Made by a program: the position numbers and the translations under genes
Shown here: positions 1 through 11,990 of the stretch, piece by piece
How positions within the stretch are numbered: position 1 is the stretch's first letter
Layout of the letters: every line of letters begins with the position of its first letter
Notes under the pieces: generated by a model
What the model saw: the letters and a program-made list of their open reading frames with translations, nothing else
What the model was told of the DNA's origin: nothing
Database searches by the model: none
Source: Lingula anatina
Taxonomy: Eukaryota > Animalia > Brachiopoda
Assembly (NCBI GenBank): GCA_051362555.1
Contig: CM120643.1
Location: 26,850,848-26,914,847 of the forward strand
Direction: 5' to 3'
DNA length: 64,000 bases

Positions 1-110
1 TGTGGTCCAGGAAAAGTTAACCAGAATAAGTTGTTTTTGTAGTTTCCTTTTTTATTCTTTTTCATTTTTGAAACTAGTTAGGATCTTTAATTTATATATT
101 ATTTTCTTTT

Positions 111-152
<42 letters not shown>

Positions 153-288
153 TTTTGTAAAAAGCCAATCCTTATCAGATAGTTGCTTTGTGAAAAAAAG
201 CGCAGGAAGCAAGTAAACATTTTTTATTGAAGGGACAGCTTATCAATCGTTTTTTAATTTTCACGTGGCAAATATTGTTATTTTCCAG

Positions 289-585
289 TGGAATACGCCA
301 GGTTGGGTGTCACGTGTCGTGTGGAGACATCATTATGCAAATTAGCAGACGGACGTGTTGTCCAATTGGATCAATTACGGTCTCTGATTGGAGGGTCCAC
401 CCTGCCCGATCAGTCTGGATCCACTGGAGAGGGATCTGGCGCCAATCCCATATTGAATACTCTCATGCAAGAAGAAACGTGCTTGGCTTTCGACCAGAAT
501 TGGGTTACTGGTCGGATTTTGTATGCATCTACACACTGCGACGAGCCTTTGCCGTATATATGTGAGTTAGATGTGGCCGTTTCTG
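289..585 (+). CDS. Gene A exon: C-terminal part of a divergent C-type-lectin-like domain
   Basis: EETCLAF...THCDEPLPYICE matches the CTLD C-terminal C...C-x7-C pattern; canonical EPN/QPD and WND motifs are absent. Confidence 0.55.
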
Positions 586-3500
586 GTACGTACGAAGTAC
601 ATTTTGAATGAATTTTAAATTATGTGAAGTACAATAGATATATTGTAGAATAGAGTCTAACATATATTCCATGTATGGTAATACATCAGGAAAAACATTA
701 ATTACAAATCGACAAAGGACTTCGGAGCTCAATGAGAAAGTTAAAAATTATGTTTTAGATAACATTTTGACGGATACTGTAATATTTGTAATTAATGAGC
801 GCGTTATATAAAGCATGGCTTCATCTTGGGACATTTGTGACATATCGTATTTTTAGAATCAGCTGTGGAAATCTCAGACCCAGTTGTTGACAAATTGACT
901 GAAACGCTCATCTACTCAGTTTCAAACTACGACCCAAACACCTTCGTGACGTTTGTAAAGGACGGTGTAGAAAATCTTCACCGCACTCTGGTTCCGGTGA
1001 GTTCGACGGTTACCTACCCCTTACGGGTACCGCCAACGCAATCTAGAGGCGAAAGGCAAGGGTGCTACTCTATTGAGGTTTGGGGAAGGAAGCCATACAG
1101 ACGGTATAGCTCACAAAGATACCTGCTGAAGTATTCTGGTTAGTAACATTTGTGATCTGTGTCAAGGTTTTTTAAAACGTATTCTGGAGAAACACAAAGT
1201 AAAATGTTTCTTTAATGTAACCATGATAGGCTATGAGCTGTCGGGCGAAAAACACGAACTTGGTTACACACGATGTACGCGGAATATATATAAGCCTTGA
1301 GTGAATGTTTTGAGATAGTCAGAAGAGTTAGAATCAGAACTACAGAATGTATTACTCTGATACTGTAACTTGGTAACTGACCGGTATTGCGATCTCAGCC
1401 TGGGGGAACTTCCGCTTGCTCGTTCACCTGATCTGTTGTCATACCTTTGTCTTATATACATATGTATGTGTGTTTGAGAGAGAGAGAATAAAGAATAATG
1501 ATAATGAAAGAAATAAAGAACAAAAGAGTGAAAAAGGAGTGCAGCAAAAAAAAAAAAAAAAAAAAAACGCACGGAAACAACTACCCTTCCACGTACATGT
1601 AACTCTTCCAACTTAATCATAGCCTATTCATTTTGATTTCATAATTCAGATATACAAACGTTTACCGGTACCATGAAATCAAGTTATCTCACGTCATCTC
1701 CGAAGGACAACACAGAACCATCCCTGTATGCCGGAGGAGTGGAACATCAGCCGGGTGTTCGACAAACTTCCTTTGCTCAGATCTCGAACGCCGTGAGAGG
1801 AATAGGCAATGCAGTTTCCAGAGAGTTTTTTGTAGAAACGGTTCTAAAAGATGTGAGGTAACATCAAGATATGCACGGCTTACTAGAGGTTATTGGCAAA
1901 TTTTAATCATAAAGATTATAATAACAACAGCAACAACAACAATAATAATACCGGTAATAATAATTGTATCTGGTTAGTATAATGAAAGTGGCGCGAAATT
2001 ATTGTTTCCTTTCCGTTTTCTATTTGAAAAGGTACGCAAATACTGGTGGACTTCTCATAGATTTTCGAGCATATGTTCAAACAGGCCCACGGAATAAACG
2101 AAGGGTCGCCTTGCCTGACAATAACATAGATGGCGTTCTGAGTGTTTTGGATACAGAGCTGCGAGGTGTTTTGGAGAGTTTCGGTTTTATTCCCTCTAGT
2201 CTTCGTCTACGGGTGGAAACTTGGGCAACAGGTTTGTCGACGAAAATCTTAATTTCACATGTATTTCAAAACCTAAACATATCTGGATAGTTATGTCTGG
2301 CGGTCAAAATGGGTATTTTGACAAAGTTCGTTTATATTTTATATTAATTATATAATGTTTTTTGGTTCTAGCATATGTTTAGAAAAAAGGCTAGGGCCTA
2401 ACAAGGTTTTACAATTGTTGCTTAAAGGTACTTACCCCGGTATAAACCGAGCATCGGTGGAGTGTGGATTCTCAGTAACATATTAACCACATTGAACCAC
2501 TTCTATTAGTTTCTTATACACGACTCAAATAAATTGGACATGGAATAAACTGAATAAATCACTCACTCTGCCATAAAAGATCTTTAGACTGCTCCTTTCT
2601 TTGGGTCATAAATGTTGCTACTAATTTTCCGTTATTCATGTTTGATGCCACTTCTACTTAATAAGGCCGTTGTAAATATTGATGTTTTACATCTTTCTAG
2701 TGAATAAAAACGGACTGAGGGGAATTAATACGTTTTAAAAAAAAGAATCGTCGACACGTGTTTATTCCCATACATACATTGAAGCAACGCGTGGGATTAT
2801 ACCGATATGTGCATTTAATTTGGTATTATTTACAACACGTTACAAGTGTGAAAGTGCACACGTGATGTCTCTTAGATTATCAAAATTAACTATTTTATTT
2901 TTTTCTTTTTAGCAAGAGGTCCTCTGCCAGTCCCAGGTAAGGTTTTGAGAAGGAATTATAGTGTTTGGTCCATAACGTGCGATAGCTAGTGTTGGGATTA
3001 ATGATCGTTTATTATAATTGATAAGACGACACGGAAAATGTGAATACTGTTAATCAGAATTGAGAATATATTATAATAATAACGTGACAGAATGACATCG
3101 AAATGTACTACATCTATGATGTTACTGCCACTAAATATTATTCAAATTAAGGATAATTTCCTGGTTTGACAATGTTAAACCGTGTGATTTATAAACACAT
3201 CTGGAGATATTGATATACAGACACCTAATATTCATGTTTTGTCAACCACTCTCGTTTCTACTTCAGGCACCAGACGATTAACCTTCACCAATTGTCCAGA
3301 CGACCTGCAGCGCCACACACCGTCCAATTCGTCACGGGTCACGTGGCCTACACCGGAAGTGATAGGTTACCCTGGGAACATCACGATAAAAGGAAACTAT
3401 TTCCCAGGTACCTTGTTTGCCCAAACCATTCCGATTTCTCACAACAGACAACTTTGGTTTAAAAACAATGCTTCTTCCCACTTTGAAAATATTGCGAACC

Positions 3501-5118
3501 GTTTGAAACGGAAGTATTCAGAAATTTGATGTATGAACTCTTTTTGTTACACAGGGTACATCACGATAAAAAGAAATTATCACCCAGATATTTTGTTTGT
3601 CCAAACCTAAAAGATGTTTTTTTCTAAATATTACTATCAGTTTGAAATGGCAAGAGAGGTTACCAAAGGAAAATATTCAGAAATGTGAGAGATTAACTTA
3701 CTCCCGACTCCCTCATAACCTCTAATGGTATAAACATATGCTGATTATTTTACAGGGCATGTTTTTCCCGTTGGATCAACTGTTGTCACGTACACCGCCA
3801 AAGACACTGCAGGAAACAAAGCTACTTGCAAATTTACCGTAGACGTGAAACGTATAGTGAAAGGTATGCGGAATATATATTAGACATAGTGTTTGTAGGC
3901 ATTGGCAGCGTACTATACTAGTGAATGATTGTTGTCTTGACAAAATGTTGGGTATTACTGGCTATTCTCTGGGTTCCTAAAAAGACATGACTTACTTGCT
4001 GTAATTTCAATGCTTTAAAATTAGCTTTGGCATGACCTCTGGCTTTTGTGAATTGAAAAAAATTTGTAATAGTTACTCTATTTTTGGCAGTACTGATATG
4101 TATTTTTGCTCTTTGGGCAACTTGATTTAATATAATTTGTCCTTTTTGGGAGGAAAAACGCAAACAAATGTTCCAATCCCGACAACATGTTCGAAGTAAG
4201 TGCCGTTCTTAATATCAATTTCTTTATCGTTTAAGAATGCCGAAATAAAATTCCCGTTCCGGACCGTGGTACTTTACGCTGTAGGCAGCCAGCTGTCGGA
4301 AGTGAACGATGTGACGTCACATGCCTTTCAGTCCCTAGCAACATCAGACAGAACCCGGATGTACCACAGAGTTATATGTGTAACCCGGAGGGAAAGTGGG
4401 AGCCGCTGTTTGAATGGGGCGCTGTTAAGACACTGGCTTGTGTTGGTGAGTGTCTCTGTTTGTTTTCACTGTGCTGCCATCTATACCGTAGTTTGGTAGT
4501 TCCATGGGGCGAAAGATACATGTGTCAATACATGTTCTAGTACAGATAAGCCAAGTTTTCACGCACCCGATTACGCGCGTGTTCACATGCTTATCTGATA
4601 AATCTCTAAAAGAGTATCGTTTGTGAACGGTTTAACTTCAGTTTTACTATTTAGTGGGTCAAAGAACATGGCTTATTTTGACAAAACACGGGACTTAATT
4701 GCTTTAAGTTGAGATGCTGCCCTATTTATGAATACCCTTAAAAGTAGCCTGAATGTACTAGCAAGGCATTTTTCTGTTCCATATTTACCATTACCTTTGA
4801 GTGCTTTTAAGCACTACGAACATAACCAATGGAAGTCTATATATGTTACAGCTCTAGAGCCACCAAGGAGTTATAGACTCCTGTTTGACGTGGAACATCC
4901 GGGAACCTGTGTGGATGATAACTACTTCAAGCCATTTGTCGTGGGTGAGCTGATTAAGTGGCTGAGAAACGCTGATTTGTGTCCCGAAGGAGATTTAATT
5001 AAGTTATGCCAAAGGTCACAGGTGAAGGTCATCTGTAGGGAGGAGGATAGAAGACGCAGGGACTCCCACGAGGGGGATCTTATTGTGAATTTGGCTCTTA
5101 ATGCGACTTTTACGTAAG

Positions 5119-5176
<58 letters not shown>

Positions 5177-6626
5177 TGCACACAGACACAAATTTCCATT
5201 AGAACTCTAATGTAGAATTTTAACCAAGCCTAGTCAGAACGGCTATTCTTCGTCTTCATTTCTGCCTGTGCGATAAGTATCCGGTAGGTGGGTATAGTTG
5301 CCTATTTCGCCTTTGGATTGATGACTGAAACCCCTAGCACACGTCACTAGATATACATGTACGTGGTTATTCCCCTAGTGAAAGTTAGCAATGATCAACG
5401 TGTAAAATATGAAATCGAATTAGAAATGAATGTAATCGATTTCTTATTTTTATAGCGAGGAAAACAGCACGGATGAGTATCAAAATGTTTTAGCTCTGGC
5501 CGAGAATGTGACAAACTTCATCGTCAGCAGTCAGTTTCGGTTTGAATATGGTGGAATAAATTACGCCTTTGAAACGGGATCGCCTGGCGAGGAAGAGACA
5601 ACTTGTGGTCAAGGGCAGATGAAGGTTCTGGACAAATACTGCGGTAAGAGGAAGACATACAGATACTTTTAACTTGCACAGCTTACTACCTGGTAGTAAC
5701 TACCGGTAATCAAGTTCAGCCCCAGTTTTATAATATACAACTATTTCTCTATTGATTTGTTTAAAATTTTTTTCAGTTAAATGTCCACCTGGCACAAAAT
5801 ACAACTCTCTCCTGAAAACCTGCGATTCTTGTCCAGAAAACACGTACCAGGAGCGTCGGGCGCAGTCCGTGTGTATCAAGTGTGAAGGGGACAAAACGTC
5901 GCCACCAGGGTCATTCAGTCGCTACGATTGTACGTATTATGAAACCGGGTTGTTTATTGTTTTTCTAAAAGTAATTAGCTAAACGTGTCCAATGCAATTA
6001 GCCTTTGCATTGCAATGTGAAGGAAATTTTAACAATTGACCCGTTATCCAAACCCGTTGAGAATTTGCGATCTATATTTTTTTTACATCACTGAATATTT
6101 TCAGTTTATTGTTTAACTATATTCGTCAGGTCAAGACACGGAGCAACCTACAGTGGTTACAAATACGCAAGTTGATATCTCACTCATCATCGGCGTGACA
6201 TTCGCCGTCATTGTGGCCGTCATCATCGCCGCCATCTTGGTTTACGCGGTACGGCGACGCTGTAGGAACAGCGAGAAAAAGGTAGAGAGGCACACCACGG
6301 CGCCAGCTGTAACTGACGCCCAAGACTACCATAATTATGCCTACGATTACACTGAAGCTCTGCCAGCTTCGCACCAGAGCACGGAGACAAATCACGATGG
6401 GAGATCACATACGGGACCAAGGACTGAACATACCACGAATGCCTCGAACTCTCACCGCGCGTATGAAGGTATGGTGCGAGATGGCGCTGAGCAGAAAGCG
6501 TACACTCAGTTAAGTTTGAGAGAAGAGGCAACGACACCTATTGGTGAATATGAAAGTATCTCAACTCACCACGGAGCTCAACAAAACGACTATACTCGAC
6601 TTAGGAGTAGTAGCGAGGCACAGTAA
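289..6626 (+). CDS. Gene A, 3' part (start upstream of window): type I membrane protein with CTL-like, Ig-like?, SEA-like, HYR, furin-linker, GCC2/GCC3, TM and Tyr-motif tail. Exons 289-585, 857-1138, 1650-1857, 2032-2231, 2913-2936, 3267-3407, 3756-3863, 4852-5113, 5456-5643, 5777-5929, 6130-6626
   Basis: All 11 exons have AG/GT boundaries with compatible phases and give one open frame to TAA at 6626. HYR signature (FTNCPDD...VTWPTP...FPVGSTVVTYTAKDTAGNKATCKFTV), GCC2/GCC3 signature (CPPGTKY...CDSCPENTYQ...CIKC), hydrophobic [25 protein letters not shown]. Confidence 0.85.
3267..3863 (+). CDS. Gene A HYR domain (exons 3267-3407 and 3756-3863)
   Basis: Spliced translation LTFTNCPDDLQRHTPSNSSRVTWPTPEV...YFPG/HVFPVGSTVVTYTAKDTAGNKATCKFTVDV. 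Confidence 0.85.
5777..5929 (+). CDS. Gene A GCC2/GCC3 (ephrin-receptor-like Cys-rich) exon
   Basis: VKCPPGTKYNSLLKTCDSCPENTYQERRAQSVCIKCEGDKTSPPGSFSRYDC; 153 nt, phase 1-1. Confidence 0.85.
6130..6626 (+). CDS. Gene A terminal exon: TM helix plus tail with NYAY, YEGM, YTQL, YESI, YTRL
   Basis: In frame with ORF 6153..6626; acceptor cag at 6127-6129; homologous to 26228-26685 and 54903-55411. Confidence 0.9.
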
Positions 6627-6910
6627 CTTAGAGCCATGTCGTAAGGCAACATTGGCGGTTTGGTGCCTAGCTGTTAATTCTATAATATATTTAGCCTGAA
6701 GATTTAATCAGCCGTGTTGTAAAACTTACGGCTCGAGTATATCTTTCTCTCTTTCATATCTGTATATGCAAGCTATTGCATTTATATATAGTACATTGTA
6801 TATCAGCTTATTGTATGCTTGGCGTGCTAAAGATACCAAATCTACGAAAATTACCAAATGTTAGTTTTGTACCTTTTTATCAAGCATTTTAACATATTTT
6901 ATCTTTTGAA

Positions 6911-6916
6911 AATAAA
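6911..6916 (+). promoter_or_regulatory. Probable polyadenylation signal of gene A
   Basis: AATAAA in a 3' context (caagc.tttt...tct..tgaaaataaat) that is conserved downstream of gene C (55766-55771). Confidence 0.5.
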
Positions 6917-7660
6917 TATATATTTATCGATTTATGAAATTTCGACGTGGATATGACTATTGCTCCTGCTATTTAAGCATACAATAATGTCCTTTATTAT
7001 GGTCTGATGATAGATTTTACACAAGAGTACAAACTTACAATTTTTTCATTTTATGTATATTACAATAACAACATTTTCCTGTCTGAAACGAAGGTAAAAA
7101 TATCTTTACTTCCACTATACAAGAAGAAACTGTTTGAACATTGGGAACTGAGAAACATTAGTAAACGCCCATGGTTTAAAAGGATACCGGTGGCTACCTG
7201 TTGTATGTAGCGTATTCCGAACTCCAAGCAACAAAACGGTTATTAAGCAATAAAAAGCATTATAAACACAAAATTAAGCATTAAGGCAGTTCATTTTCGC
7301 TTAGGTTAACAAGGGTTGTGTGTAGGCAGTAACACGTGTGAGAGGTTATCCTTGTCATTGGCTTTTATTGTACAAAAATACTTAATGCAATCAATTCATG
7401 CTATCCAATGCGATACAGTATAATTCAAAAGAAAAGCATACTGTGATAAAATAAATTAAAGAACACCGCCACTAAGAAAACACCATTTTCTGCTATTCAC
7501 GCCATGTGCTACCCTGAATTTAATAAATTACTGGAAATTTACCTCTATCATCAGCATGCATTTGCGTTAACTTATGAAAACTTCTCATCTTAGGTAATGC
7601 AGTACATAAAAGTGGAGTTTAATGATTGATATCAAAAGTGATCTGATCATGCAAGGGCTC

Positions 7661-7704
<44 letters not shown>

Positions 7705-9137
7705 GAACGCTGGAGTGTTTTCACGTACAACGTGAAGATGCAATTGAAGGGAGTTGACATATCAAATCATTGCCACAAAATACCAACATATAGTTAAAAG
7801 AAAAGCCAAATAGTATGAAAATAAGTTCGAATTCACTGTATTATTTGTCGATCAGATGGTATTTGCGCAACTGGGACAGAGGGAAAGTAAATTACATGAC
7901 ACTCTACATAAGAATAAATCTTTAGTATCGTTTTATGTTTTCCAAAAATGACGTTATAACAGATATTTTCTGTTTTCTGAATGTACTATGTATAATCTCC
8001 ATTCAGTTCCGCCAACACTCATGTGAATACTTCTGTTTTTGAGCGCGTAGGAGCAAATGGCTAGATACATTTCTGCGTCATTTGGCGGACTTTTACAGAC
8101 TAGAGGGACTGATAGACAGATCCATTTTGCAACATGAAATTTGAAGAAGATACAGTTTTAAGGATTTTTTCAGTTGACTGAGTGATACATTTGGTTTGTC
8201 GTTTGGCATATAGAGTTTATTTGAGTTGTACAATGTAAAAAGAAACATTTTGTAGTGATTAATATGCTCTACAGGAAATCACTCTATTTAGATGTGACTT
8301 CACCACATTTATCACCTTTCAAAAATAGCACGACATGTTAAACTGTACATGTGGAGCAGGTCGTCAATAATAATTTAAATGTAATTTTTCATGAACCCCT
8401 GTTCATTACTGTACACCCCTCTTACAAATGTCTAATCCACCAGTTTGATTTATATTTTAATGTACTGGAAAATATTTTCCATCACCCTTTTACCTGCAAA
8501 AAGGAAGTGTTTAAACAAATGACTTCTGCTTTAGGCCTGGGCCAACGTTATTAGGTATACCGCCATTAGTTGCTAAGCAGGATAAGGATTCTAGAACAAA
8601 CCATACGCGCTGTTATAATTATACGTGTATGTACATAGTTTTTAAGTCTGTTTCAAGAAAGTCTGTCAATAGCTAGCTGATATATAGCTATGAGTATGTT
8701 GTTGGGGCAGATCCAGGGGAAAACACAAAATGTACTGGTACCATCTACTCCCTCTTTTCTTCTTTCTTCCCCTACCCTACCCTCACTAAAGTAAGGAGTG
8801 GACCGAAAAGAAAATAATCACATTTCGAGTCATGTGCCCCATATATGTGTTACTGCTCTATATCAGTATAAATATCCTTGCCTTCGGTAAAATCCTAGAT
8901 TCGCCAGCAAGCGCGCAGGCGTGCGAGAAAGCTTTCATTTTTAATAGTGAGTTGGACGGAAGGCAAAATATCAACCGAAATAACGAGGAAATATTAGAAG
9001 TAACGGGCAAGAGAACTCGTCAAGGTTTTACGAAACAGCAAATTTTGCGTGCAAGAGAAATTTAGCGAGTACGAGCTTCGCAAGGTCGAAACCCGAGCCT
9101 ATCTGAATGCAAGCGGAAAAAGGCAGACAAAAAGGAA

Positions 9138-9260
9138 TGAGTTGACGCACCTGAGATTTAGGACTTTGATTACCGATAAGACCCACTGTGCATAAACATT
9201 ACATCAAATGAACCCAGATAAATATTTCATTTATCTAAGATGATGACATTTAAAGCTTTT
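9138..9260 (+). promoter_or_regulatory. Conserved proximal upstream block of gene B
   Basis: gttgacgcacctgagatttaggactttgattaccgataag...taaacattacatcaaatg, shared with 35326-35440 and 59309-59420 at a similar distance from the ATG. Confidence 0.5.
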
Positions 9261-9705
9261 TTTACCAATGGCCATGAGTGTTGGTAGCGTGAGGACAAGT
9301 AGTCCCGACATTCATTTAACGTGCAGCAGACGCTACACGGGGGTACATGTAAACCGTGAAAATGGCTGTCATCAGTTGGGGTCTGTTGGCGCTTTTACTA
9401 CTTCAATAACTGAGTGAAATTCGTTCTCTCACAAGGTACGTTCCTTTTTCATTTTTATATTTATTGATTAAAATGCATTATCTATTATATATGTGACTAT
9501 GTAGGTCTATCACTGCATGGTGGATCTAGGATCGATCAAGGGAGGGGCGTGGATCCAAAATTAGAATACAGCATTTTATCCTCCAAACAAACGAAAACAG
9601 GAAAGATAATTAACCCTATCCATGACTGGTGGCGTCGTTTACGCGTTTTATGTCATGTTTATCAGCTGTCGGGATATGTTTTCGGGCTATTTGCATCAAA
9701 TTTCT

Positions 9706-10711
9706 TTTTTATCCCTGCACTTTTGGGGCAAAAGTCGGGGATCATGTTATCCCGTCCGTCCGTGCGTCTGTGTGTTAGGAAGTTGAAACTTTAGTGATTT
9801 GTATACCCAGCATCAGGGAGGTGCATGTGCACTTAAGAATTTTAATGCAACAGAGGGTTGGGCTGTACCCTGGGAGGTGGTTGATTCTAAATTCTTATGG
9901 CTTTGTAATTTCTGCTATCTGCTCCTAGACCATTAGAGTTAGGAAGTTGAAACTTTGGTGAATAGTTAACCCATCATCAGAGATGTGCATGGGCACTTTG
10001 GAATTTTAGTGCCACAGGGGGTTGGGCTGTCCCCGGGGGTAGTTTATTCTAAATTCTTATAACATTGTAATTTTCACTATCTCCTCTTAGACCGTTGCAG
10101 ATAGGAAACTGAAACTTTTGGGATTGGTAGACCCAGTATCAGGGATGTGCATGGGCATTTTGGAATTTTAGTGCCACAGGGGATTGGACTGTCCCCTGTG
10201 GGGGGGGGGGGGGGGTGTTTCTAAATTCTTTTCGCATTGTAATTTCTGCTATCTCCTCCTAGACCATTGCATGTAGGAAGTTGAAACTTTGGGAATTGGT
10301 AGACCTATAATCAGGGAAGTGCATGGACACTTTTGGAATTTTAGTGTCACAGGGGTTTGGGCTGTCCCTGGGGGTGGTTGATTCTAACTTTTTATCACAT
10401 TGAAATTTCTGCTATCTGCTCCTAGACCATTAGAGTTAGGAAGCTGAAACTTTGGTGAATAGTTTACCCATCATCAGGGATGTGCATAGGCACTTTGGAA
10501 TTTTAGTGCAACAGAGGGCTGGGCTGTTCCCTGGTTATATTTATAAAGATTTTTTTTACATTTATATTTTTAAATACCTTTGGATGAAGCAGTGATGTGT
10601 GTGTATGTGTGCGTACGTGCATGTGTGGTAAGTGGTCCCTAGGGCTGAGCTGCTCTTGATAATATGGGGAAGTGCGGGGATATGCGAAGGCTACCCATCG
10701 ACACTATCTAA
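9706..10711 (+). mobile_element. Helentron-associated (HINE/DINE-1-like) non-autonomous element with about 5 internal ~165-bp tandem units
   Basis: Inserted in a T-run (empty site in gene C near 35905); subterminal inverted repeat atccctgcact / agtgcggggat; (ccgt)n at the 5' end; unit aggaag(t/c)tgaaacttt recurs near 9777, 9941, 10103, 10276 and 10438. Confidence 0.65.
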
Positions 10712-11259
10712 TTTTTTTATATTGTTCGTAAAGGACCCCGCCAGATACATGTACTTCAATACTAAGCCATTCGGAGCCTGGTGTTATTTTTTCTAAAAAT
10801 TTCAAGCAGATTGTTTATTTAGGTAGATATGATAACACTAAGTGGTCAAACTAATTACGTTAAAATATGGATGTAGAATTTGACAGAGCTTTTTATGCAA
10901 GGTCGCTTCGTTACGTCCGCCAAGATGGTTATACATATATATTTTCATCTCCGTTTATTGTCTATTTGTTCGTCACCATCCTAACACAAAGAGTGACGGG
11001 TGGATTTTGATGAAATGTTCAGGGTAGGTCAGATATCGGATAAGTTGGAATCGATTAGGGTTCGGTGGAGATTATTTTATCTATCCACACTATTCATATA
11101 AGTAAAAACCTCTATCCGTCCAGTGAAGAATTACTGTCACGCATGTGCTATTAGCCCCCCCCTCTTTCTTCTTGTTATATCTTACTCAGCTCGACAGATG
11201 CAACCTGCATCCCGTAATATGTACCTTTTCCGTCCATAGCGATCGGACAACTGCCACAA

Positions 11260-11990
11260 TCAATAACAGCATGAAACACATGTTAAACTTATTTTATGAG
11301 ACAGACATATGGGACTATTTCTGTTTTGTGTGTTTAAGTGCATTCCAAATATTTTTACCCATTTTTGTGGCCGGCTCAAATGTTTTTGTCATGTCAAAAA
11401 CTTTCGAAGTGCATTCCAAGAGGGAATTTTTCGCAATATCCCTATAATATTCCAACTACATTCGAGCTGCATTTCAGAGGTATTATACCTGGAATGTGCA
11501 AGAATCATTCTAGGCGGGTTCGATGTGCATTCTTAGTATTCCAGAGGCATTCTTACAAAACCGTAATATTTTATGATAATTTGAAATTCCCCCCCGAATA
11601 TGGTACGAATTTTTAAATTGAGTAATTCCGGCTTGATTCCTACTGATTTCGAATAAGTTTGACGGGGGCTTTAAGTCACTTGTCAGTTCGAATATTCCTC
11701 TAATGTGATCAGAATGTATCGAATGCTGTCGGAATGCCGTGAGAATATTTAGAATGCAGTCATAGTGCAGTTAGAATACTGTTCAAATGTCATTCGATAA
11801 ATTTCCACTTTGAATGCACTTCGAAAGTTTTTGACATGACAAAAACAATCGGGATGCCGCAAGAATGGGTAAAATATTTAGAATGCACTCGGAATTTTTA
11901 GAATGCTCTTCGAATATCCAGGAGCGCACAAAGAATTGTCTTTCCGACGGCATTCTTGCTCATTCCGCCTCTAGTGTGACGGGGGTATAA
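11260..11990. mobile_element. Truncated palindromic MITE, possibly PIF/Harbinger-like
   Basis: Internal inverted symmetry (tttttgtcatgtcaaaaactttcgaagtgcattc near 11382 vs gaatgcacttcgaaagtttttgacatgacaaaaa near 11811); end ctagtgtgacgggggta; absent from the paralogous gene C intron. Confidence 0.5.

Noticed and set aside
3554-3690. Possible extra HYR exon
   Set aside because: Short degenerate duplicate of about 3375-3530 with the donor changed to at; not needed for frame.
7000-9100. Short ORFs in intergenic DNA (and similar 60-100 aa ORFs throughout)
   Set aside because: No recognisable domains or splice-consistent structure; many derive from poly-A/T runs or microsatellites.
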